Shown here in pieces: positions 24,007 to 32,787 of a DNA stretch of 64,000 nt. Within the stretch, counting starts at the first letter, position 1. Each line of letters opens with the position of its first letter. The stretch comes from Somniosus microcephalus (lineage: Eukaryota): contig CM126203.1 in the NCBI GenBank assembly GCA_052327205.1, forward strand, positions 231,446,001 to 231,510,000, written 5' to 3'. The translations under genes and the position numbers were made by a program. Under the pieces are notes generated by a model. The model was not told the origin of the DNA and made no database searches. It saw nothing but the letters and a program-made list of their open reading frames with translations.

Positions 24007-26371
24007 TGACGGGCCCTTGGAGGGTTCTTGAGAAAAAGGCTACGGGCCGCCCATCCTGGTTGAGGGTGGCTGCTAAAGCGAAGTCAGACGCATCGCTTTC
24101 GACCTGGAAAGGGATGTTTTCGTCCACTGCCCGCAGGGCGGCCTTCTCAATGTCGTGTTTAATGCTGTTGAAGGCGGCATGGGCCTCGGCTGTGAGCGGG
24201 AAGGACGTTGATTTCAGGAGGGGACGGGCCTTGTCGGAATAATTGGGGACCCATTGGGCGTAATAGGAGAAGAACCCCAGGAACCTTTTCAGGGCCTTGG
24301 GAGTGTTTGGTAGGGGTAGCTCCCGTAGGGGGCGCAATCGATCGGGGTCCGGACCGATTTCCCCATTTTCCACCACGCAGCCCAGGATACAGAGGCGCGT
24401 GGTGCTGAAGACACACTTATCCTCGTTGTAGGTGAGATTGAGTCTGAGGGCGGTTTTCAGAAATCTCGCGAGGTTCGAGTCGTGGTCTTGCTGGTCATGG
24501 CCGCAGATGGTGACGTTGTCTAGGTATGGGTAGGTGGCTGTTAACTGGTTCTCATCGACCATGCGGTCCATCTCCCGCTGGAAGACCGAGACCCCGTTCG
24601 TTACCCCAAAGGGGACTCTGAGGAAGTGGTAGAGACGTCCGTTCGCCTCGAAGGCGGTGTATGGACGGTCCTCCGGCCTAATGGGGAGCTGGTGGTATGC
24701 TGATTTTAGGTCGATGGTGGAAAACACCCGGTATTGCGCGATTTGGTTAACCATATCCGCTATGTGGGGCAGAGGGTAGGTGTCTAGCTGGGTGTATAGA
24801 TTAACCGTCTGGCTATAATCTATCACCATCCGCTTCTTTTCGCTACCCTTAACTACTACTACCTGGGCGTGCCACGGGCTGGTACTGCATTCGATGATAC
24901 CCTCCCGCTTGAGTCTTTCTACTTCCGACGCAATGAACCGTCTATCCTCCCAGCTGTACCGCCTACTCTTGGTCGCTATGGGTCGACAGTTGGGTGCGAG
25001 GTTGGCGAACAGAGAGGGCGGCTTGACCTTCAGGGTAGCCAGACCGCACACTGTGAGGGGCGGCTGGGACCCACCGTAGGTAAGTGTGATACTTTGGTGG
25101 TGGCACTGGAAGTCCAGACCCAAGATCACGCTCACACAGAGATCTGGCATTATCAATAGTTTAAAATCTCTGTAATCATTGCCTTTTACCGACAACATAA
25201 CCACGCAGAAACCTGTAATTTTTGAGGTATGAGTCTTATCGGCCATGGCGATTTTGCCCTGTGTGGGGACTATCGTTGGTGAAAGTCGTTTTACCAGGCT
25301 AGGATGAATAAAGCTTTCGGTGCTCCCACAGTCAATCAAGCATTTAACCTTGTTCCCGTTTACCTCTATGTCCATCATCGATTTAGACAACGGATGTGGC
25401 CTGGATTGATCCACTGTGATCGAGGCCACCAGTGGGTCCTGGAGGTCCGTGTAGTCGGGGCAAGATGGTGGACTCCATGAGGGTGGACAAGATGGCTTCC
25501 AAGATGGCCGCTCCCACGGCGCGCACGCGGCAGTGGTGGAGTTGGAGGCGGGGTTCCCTCTGCAGACTTTGCTGAAATGTCCTTTCTTCCCGCATTTAAA
25601 ACAGGTGGTGCCCTTCGCTGGGCACAGATGCCTGGAGTGTTTGTCCTGACCGCAGAAGTAGCATTTCAGGCCCCGATGCATCGCGGCAGTAGTGGGGCTC
25701 CTGGGTGGAGGCTGGGGCTCCGATGGTGCTGGGCTGGCCTGAGACCTGGGAGGTGAAGATGGCTTCCAAGATGGCGGCCCCCACGGCGCGCATGAGGCGG
25801 AGTGGGCCGCGTGGCCTGGGGAACAGGATTCAGAGTTCCTCTGGGCCATATCCAGCGATCGCGCTATATCTATAGCCTGTTTTAAGTCCAGTCCCTCCTT
25901 TTCAAACAGTTTCTGCCGAATATAATTTGAACTGAGGCCCGCAATAAGGGAGTCTCGAATCAGCTCCTCCGTGTACACGATGGCAGACACGGCCTTACAG
26001 TTACAGTCTCTGCCCAGTACTTTTAGGTTTAGTATAAAGTCCTCTAGTGACTCACCATGCCGCTGCGTGCGAGTAGTCAGAAGATGCCTGGCGTACACCA
26101 CGTTTATTGGCCGCGCGTAGTGGGCCTTCAGGATGGTGCAGGCCTCCTCATAGCTGGTGGCATCTTGGATGAGAGGGGAGACCCGATGGCTCACCCAGTT
26201 TCGCAGGATTCCCAGTTTCATGTCTCCGGTAGCGGTTTCGTCTGCGGCTATGGCAGTGGATGAGTTTGCAATGAAAAATTCAAAGCATTGGAACCAGTGT
26301 CCGAACTGTGTGGCTGCGTCTGAGGCATGGGGGTCCAGATCCAAGTGCTCTGGTTTCAGGAGTCGATCCAT
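24007..26371 (-). pseudogene. Element A gag-pro-RT-RNase H 5' part, truncated by element B
   Basis: MDRLLKPEHL start, two CCHC knuckles, LIDCGS, YLDN, ESDAS; reading frame runs into the B LTR after SRTLQGP. Confidence 0.9.
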
Positions 26372-28149
26372 CTTGGTGTTTTAGTGATTAAAATTGATGT
26401 GCCTTCAATAACTCAAAGACAAGGAATTTAAAGGATTCAACTAAGGCTTTTAATCACTAAGAACATAGCAGCATAGCAGGTCTTCCCACATCGGGTTCAT
26501 CTGGTAGTGAGTGACTCATACAGCTCCTGAGACCTTTATATGGCAAAAGACAGGGGCGTAGCCAATACACACAATAGGAACAAAAGGGTGTGGTTCACAC
26601 AATACAAGCAGGTAAAATACAAGCAGGTCTGATGAAGGCATATTTCATCACAGTCTGCATACTGTAATTCAACGACAGAGGATCGGAAGGCCTTGGATCT
26701 GGACTGGAGGTGACGGAGGTTGAACAGTTTCCCGATTGTTCTGTAAATTAGCTCCACTCCAACGGGGAGCTTACTGAGGGTGAGATGGAGCCTTGCAGCA
26801 AGGAAGATCGAGAAGAGCGTTGGTGCGATGACACAGCCTTGCTTGACCCCGGTCTGTACGTGAGTTGGGTCTGTGGTGGAACCATTGGTCAGGATCACGG
26901 CTTGCATGTCGTCGCAAAGCAAGCGGAGAATGGTGACAAACTTTTGAGGGCAGCTGAATTTAAGGAGGACACTCCAGAATCCCTCACGGTTGACAGTGTC
27001 GAAGGCATTTGTGAGATCAAAGAAGGCCATGTACAGTGGTTGGTGCTGTTCTCTGCATTTCTCTTGTAATTGACGTGCAGTGAAGATCATTTCCATTGTG
27101 CCCCTTAGTGGGCGGAATCCGCATTGCGACTCTGGGAGGAGCTCTTCGGCCACTGGGAGAAGCCGATTGAGGAGGATTCTTGCGATGACTTTCCCTGTGG
27201 CAGACAGCAGGGAAAGTCCTGTGTAATTACCGCAATCTTGTCACCTTTCTTGAAGATGGCCACAATTACGGCGTCTCTAAGATCCCCTGGCATGCTCTCC
27301 TTCTTCCAGATAAGAGAAATGAGTTTATGAATTCATGCCATGCTTTAGTGCCTCGGCAGGGGTTCCATCTGCTCCTGAGGCCTTGTTCTTCAGTTGTCGG
27401 ATGGCCTTTTCAACCTCATGCTGGCCTGGGGTTGTGCTGAGGTGGTGGTGGGGAGCATGCTGCGGGATGGAGTTGAGGACACTCTCATCGAAGACAGAGT
27501 CTTGGTTAAGGAGATCCTCGAAGTGCTCCTTCCAGCGGGCACTGACTGCCTCTCCGTTCTTGGCCCGCAGTGGGGTAAGACCTTGGGTGCTTGGGCCGTA
27601 GATGGTCTTGACTGCGCTAAAGAATCCACACACATCATGGTTGTCGGCTAGCTGCTGGATCTCCTCCACTTTCTCCACCCACCATCTGTTCTTTAGGTCG
27701 CGAGTTTTTTGTTGGACCTCGGCCTTCAGGCGTCTGTAGAGCTGCTTTCTTGGTCTCCAGTTCTGTTGCTGTTTCCAGATCAGGAATGCCTTGCGCTTGC
27801 GGCTTATTAGCTCCTGGATCTCCTGGTCGTTCTCGTCGAACCAGTCTTGGTGTTTCCTGGTCGAGTGACCGAGTGTCTCTTCACAGGTGCTGATTATGGA
27901 GGCTGTGGTGTATGTAACCTGTTCCACCTTAAGAGAACTACCTTAAGAGATGTACTACTTTCTCTTGGCTGCTGTATACTGTAATACTGTAATACCGGTG
28001 GTGACCACACCGGTATATAAGTGTCGTGTAGGGATTTGCTGGGCAGTTCAGCCCTGACCTTCGAATAGTAAAGACCTGTTAAAAGTTATTCTTGTTGTCT
28101 GTGTACAGTGATTGATCCTAAACATAACTGGGACACACAGACTCAACAG

Positions 28150-28159
28150 TGGCGACGAG
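28150..28159 (+). promoter_or_regulatory. Primer-binding site of element C (probably tRNA-Ser GCU)
   Basis: TGGCGACGAG one base after the LTR; complementary to the CUCGUCGCCA 3' end I recall for vertebrate tRNA-Ser(GCU). Confidence 0.75.
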
Positions 28160-28834
28160 TCCGATCTTACCCTGCGGCAGTTTTACATCCAAGGCAGCTT
28201 CGTCCTCAGAACGGGCGTCGAGAAGAGGCATCCGCCCTCATCATCCTGCTGAGCACCATCGCACGGGAGGCATCGAGAACCCGGGTTTAAAAAGAAAAAT
28301 TCTGACCACGAAGCCCTCCATCAGCGACAGGCAGTGATCATCCCTTCTACCACGGTGGTGGGTAAGCCGATCAGCGACACGAGCAGAAAGTCGGCCGCGT
28401 TGGCTGTGGAGTAGGGGAGGGAAAACGGAGGAATAAGGGCGGAGAACTCGACCACGGCCGGTAAAAAAGGGCCGCGCTGCAATCGAGGCCGAGAGGCGCA
28501 GCGACTGGGGCAGCTTAAGGCACGAGAGCCGCGGAGCAATTAAACGCAGCCGGTGTAAAGGACCGGGCTGCAAGCGGGGCTGCGAGGCAAAGCAGCGTCG
28601 GGGAATCGAGAACCACTGGGGAGGCGAGAACGGCAGCAGCACGGCAATTGCCATTGCAGCCAGCGGGGGAAGAAGGCAAACGCGGGAATCCACCATTGTA
28701 GTCGGCGGGGGAAGAAGACGAGCGCGGGAAAGACCGCCAAGCGCAGGAAGCCGCCATTTTAGTAGGCGGGGGAAGAAGACAAGCGCGGGAAGCCGCCATT
28801 TTGAAAAAAAAAAAAAAAATTTAAACTTGCAAGG

Positions 28835-29815
28835 ATGCCTAAACATGGGAGCATTAATACCTTTGATAGTGATATTGAAGATTGGACCACGTATGTAGAA
28901 CGCATGGAAGTTTATTGTAAAGCAAATAAGGTACCAGATGATGAGAAAGCACTAACCTTATTAAGCTCAATGGGTGCGAAGACATACAGGCTATTGAAGC
29001 ACCTTCTATCACCAAATAAACCGGCGGATCAGACTTTCGCGAATATTGTTACTGTCCTGAAAAATCATTTAAACCCCACGCCGCTGATGATAGCGGAACG
29101 ATTTAAATTTTACAGAAGAACGCAGCTGAAAGACGAAAGCAACGCTGAATTTTTAATTGAACTGCGTAAGCTATCGAAGTACTGTCAGTTTGGAGCAGGA
29201 CTAGCAGATGCGCTGAGAGATAAATTTGTGTGTGGATTGTTAAAAGAAGGAACACAAAAGCGACTGCTTGAGGAGAATGATCTTACGCTTGATAAAGCTG
29301 TCACTATTGCAGCATCGCAAGAAGCCGCAGCAAGAGGCACGGCGGAAATGCAGCTACGGTCACCGGAACTCAGCACCAATCAAATGGTCTTGGGTACAGT
29401 AAAATGTTATCGTTGTGGAAAGACAACGCACGATCAGAACCAGTGCTGGTTCAAAAATCAGGAATGCAGAAAATGTGGCAGGCTTGGTCACATAGCTAAA
29501 GTATGCCGGTCAGGAAAGAAGACCAGCAACAAAAAGTCACCGCAGGAAAAGTACAGAAAGGTACACAAGGTGACAGAGAACAGTTCGAACGAACAGAAGT
29601 CAGATTCAGACTCCAGCAGTAATGAACTGGGTAGTCTAAGAGTACACAATGTTGGTAAGGAAGCAGACCTCCAAACAATTTGGGTCACACTTCAGATAGC
29701 AGGAGCCCAAGTGAAGATGGAATTGGACACTGGATCGGCATTGACGGTCATAAATAAGCAAGATTACAAAAGATTATTCCCACATATTCCCCTACGGGAT
29801 ACGGAGATTTATTGA
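28835..29815 (+). CDS. Element C gag plus N-terminal protease
   Basis: Two zinc knuckles (CYRCGKTTHDQNQC, CRKCGRLGHIAKVC), protease LDTGSA. Confidence 0.9.
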   Translation: MPKHGSINTFDSDIEDWTTYVERMEVYCKANKVPDDEKALTLLSSMGAKTYRLLKHLLSPNKPADQTFANIVTVLKNHLNPTPLMIAERFKFYRRTQLKDESNAEFLIELRKLSKYCQFGAGLADALRDKFVCGLLKEGTQKRLLEENDLTLDKAVTIAASQEAAARGTAEMQLRSPELSTNQMVLGTVKCYRCGKTTHDQNQCWFKNQECRKCGRLGHIAKVCRSGKKTSNKKSPQEKYRKVHKVTENSSNEQKSDSDSSSNELGSLRVHNVGKEADLQTIWVTLQIAGAQVKMELDTGSALTVINKQDYKRLFPHIPLRDTEIY

Positions 29816-32787
29816 AAACATACACGGGGCAAAGAGTATACCCCATCGGGAAGATAGAGGTAAAGGTGGTCCACAGGGGCAAAGAAAGCCGAGGAATGGA
29901 CTTATATGTGCTACCTGAGGGAGGTCCACCACTACTGGGACGGGAGTGGATTAGGAAAATAAATATGGACTGGCATTCCTTAAAAGCACTAACGGTAGAT
30001 TCCGGTAAAAATGATGTCAAACCTAAACGATTGTCCAGAATATTGGACGATGCTAAAGAGATGTTTCAACAGGGACTGGGAACACTGAGAGGAATTACGG
30101 CAAACATCAAGGTTGAAGAACATGCAAACCCGAAATTTTTCAAAGCCAGACCGGTACCTTATGCGATACGACCTGCTGTGGAAGCTGAGCTGGAAGGGCT
30201 AGAACGTTCGGGAGTACTGTCTAAGGTAGACTGGAGTGAGTGGGCCACGCCCATTGTTCCCGTCATGAAGCGTTCATCGAGCAACAAGCCGGGGGAACCG
30301 GGGAAGGTTCGCATCTGTGGAGATTTCAAGATCACTGTTAATCCGGTGCTTCACACGGTGCAGTATCCGCTTCCGCGGATTGAGGATATCTTCGCTTCGT
30401 TGTCTGGCGGGAAACACTTCACCAAGATAGACCTGGCGCAGGCGTACTTACAGATGGAAGTTGAGGAAGAGTCACGCCAGTATCTCACGATCAACACGCA
30501 TAGAGGCTTGTACCGGTATAATAGACTGGTTTTTGGAGTGGCATCGGCTCCAGCAATTTGGCAGAGGGCCATGGAGCAGGTATTACAGGGAATTCCAGGC
30601 ACACAATGTTACCTGGACGATATTCTGATTACAGGAGATGATGACGAGGAACACCTTGCAAATTTGGAACTGGTGCTCACCAGATTGAAAGAATATGGAC
30701 TTCGAGTTAATCGGCAGAAATGTGAGTTCTTTCAGAAGAGGATCTCGTACTGTGGTCATGTCATTGACCAGGAGGGGCTTCATAAGTCTCCTGACAAGAT
30801 CGAAGCTGTTGTGAAGGCTCCCGCTCCGGATAATGTATCCCAGTTGAGGTCGTTCCTAGGGTTGATTAACTATTACCATAAGTTTCTGCCAAATTTATCC
30901 ACGGTGCTGCACCCGCTGAACGCTCTTTTGCAGAAGGGAGTACCATGGAAGTGGAGCGAGGACTGTAAGAGGGCCTTTCGCAAAAGCAAGGCATTGATCA
31001 CCTCAGAGGAAGTGTTGGCTCACTTCAACCCAACGCTGCCTATTCGTTTGGCTTGTGATGCTTCTCCATATGGTATTGGGGCAGTACTCTCACACAAGTT
31101 GCCAAATGGCCAGGAGAGGCCAGTTGCGTTCGCATCCAGATCATTGACCTCCGCTGAGCGAAACTATGCTCAGATAGATAGGGAGGCTCTCAGCCTTGTG
31201 TGGGGAGTAAAGAAGTTTAATCATTACCTGCAGGGCCAAAAGTTCACGCTTCTGACAGACCACCAGCCGTTGGTATCCATTTTTAACCCTAAGAAGGGTG
31301 TTTCGGTGATGACAGCACAGAGACTCCAGAGATGGTCCCTTTTCCTAGGGGCACATCAATATCAGATTGAATTCAAAGGTACAAAGCAGCATGGTAATGC
31401 TGATGGGCTGTCGCGCCTGCCACTACCTACAGAGGAGGAGGCACCGACGGTTGACCCTGTTGAGTTATTTCACTCGACCATCATCGAGTGTTTACCAGTC
31501 ACCAATGCAAGTATTGAAAGAGAAACCAGGAACGACCCGACACTGTCCCGGGTCTGCGAAGTGACAGTGAAGGGATGGCCAGCACATGGTGATCCACTGT
31601 TACCGGCATTCTCAGCAAGACGAGAACAGCTGTCCGTCTGTCAAGGAACATTGATGTATGGAACAAGGGTGATTATTCCTCCTAAGTTAAGAGAGAGAGT
31701 TCTAAAGGAACTGCATGAAGGTCATCTGGGGGTAGTCAAGATGAAAAGCCTTGCTAGGGCTTATGTGTGGTGGCCGGGTATCGACCAACAGATAGAGGAT
31801 CTGACGAAAAGCTGCTCAGGGTGCCAAAAAGTGCAAAATGCACCTCCGATTGCACCGCTGCATCCATGGGAATGGCCTTCAACCCCATGGCAACGTGTAC
31901 ATATTGACTTTGCTGGTCCATTCATGGACTCCATGTTTTTAATTGCGGTGGACGCACATTCTAAATGGCCAGAAGTGATTAAGATGACTACCACTACCTC
32001 GGAAAAGACGATCGCGGTGCTAAGAACGATATTTGCAAGAAATGGATTGCCAGAACAAATATGTTCAGACAACGGACCGCAGTTCGTGTCAGAAGAATTC
32101 CAGAAATTCATGAAGAAGAATGGGGTGAAACATTATACCTCTGCCCCATATCATCCGGCTACAAACGGGTTGGCCGAGAGATTTGTACAAACGTTTAAAA
32201 AAGCAATAAAGGCCATGAGCGAAGATCAGATTCCACTACAACACAAGGTGGACAAATTCCTACTGGCATATCGAAACGCCACTCATGCAGTGACAAACCA
32301 AAGTCCTGCCATGATGTTCTATAACAGGAGGTTGCGGTCCAGGTTGGACTTGTTAAAACCAAATGTGCGGAGGGAAGTTGAAAACAAACAGTTCCAGCAT
32401 ATAAATAACAAGACCACTCGGAGCTTCGAAATAGGACAACCAGTGTTAGCCCGGGACTATAAAAACGAGAAATGGCAATCTGGAACAATTCGGGCAATAC
32501 AAGGACCCCTGATGTACACGGTAGATATTGGTGAAAATGTAATACGGCGTCATGCTGACCAACTGGTAGAATCGAGAGCAAGGGTCGAACCCATGGTTAC
32601 GGCAGAGACAACCGCGAAAGAAGTTAGTGAACCTGAAGCATCTACCTCAGAAGTGAATGTACCTGATGATGATGTCCAATCCATAAGAGACCAACTAGAT
32701 GAGTCACCCCAGCAACGAGAATCAGAGACCCCTGAAAGGCGTTATCCAACTCGAATCAGGAGGCCTCCTCAGAGACTGAATCTTTGA
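29812..32787 (+). CDS. Element C pol (protease end, RT, RNase H, integrase)
   Basis: RICGDFK, YLDD, ACDAS, HHCC, HIDFAGP/DNGPQF/LAERFV; out of frame with gag inside the protease. Confidence 0.92.
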   Translation: MKTYTGQRVYPIGKIEVKVVHRGKESRGMDLYVLPEGGPPLLGREWIRKINMDWHSLKALTVDSGKNDVKPKRLSRILDDAKEMFQQGLGTLRGITANIKVEEHANPKFFKARPVPYAIRPAVEAELEGLERSGVLSKVDWSEWATPIVPVMKRSSSNKPGEPGKVRICGDFKITVNPVLHTVQYPLPRIEDIFASLSGGKHFTKIDLAQAYLQMEVEEESRQYLTINTHRGLYRYNRLVFGVASAPAIWQRAMEQVLQGIPGTQCYLDDILITGDDDEEHLANLELVLTRLKEYGLRVNRQKCEFFQKRISYCGHVIDQEGLHKSPDKIEAVVKAPAPDNVSQLRSFLGLINYYHKFLPNLSTVLHPLNALLQKGVPWKWSEDCKRAFRKSKALITSEEVLAHFNPTLPIRLACDASPYGIGAVLSHKLPNGQERPVAFASRSLTSAERNYAQIDREALSLVWGVKKFNHYLQGQKFTLLTDHQPLVSIFNPKKGVSVMTAQRLQRWSLFLGAHQYQIEFKGTKQHGNADGLSRLPLPTEEEAPTVDPVELFHSTIIECLPVTNASIERETRNDPTLSRVCEVTVKGWPAHGDPLLPAFSARREQLSVCQGTLMYGTRVIIPPKLRERVLKELHEGHLGVVKMKSLARAYVWWPGIDQQIEDLTKSCSGCQKVQNAPPIAPLHPWEWPSTPWQRVHIDFAGPFMDSMFLIAVDAHSKWPEVIKMTTTTSEKTIAVLRTIFARNGLPEQICSDNGPQFVSEEFQKFMKKNGVKHYTSAPYHPATNGLAERFVQTFKKAIKAMSEDQIPLQHKVDKFLLAYRNATHAVTNQSPAMMFYNRRLRSRLDLLKPNVRREVENKQFQHINNKTTRSFEIGQPVLARDYKNEKWQSGTIRAIQGPLMYTVDIGENVIRRHADQLVESRARVEPMVTAETTAKEVSEPEASTSEVNVPDDDVQSIRDQLDESPQQRESETPERRYPTRIRRPPQRLNL

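Larger units (their letters stand above)
17973..26652 (-). mobile_element. Gypsy LTR retrotransposon A (compact, no tRNA PBS), host of element B
   Basis: LTRs 17973-18206 and 26395-26652 (TG..CA), 5-bp TSD GTCTG, PPT AGAAGAGGTGAA, gag-pol interrupted in RNase H. Confidence 0.93.

Noticed and set aside
28241-28846. 201-aa antisense ORF in the element C leader (possible accessory gene)
   Set aside because: GC-rich repeats lacking stops; low-complexity product; no env-like features.
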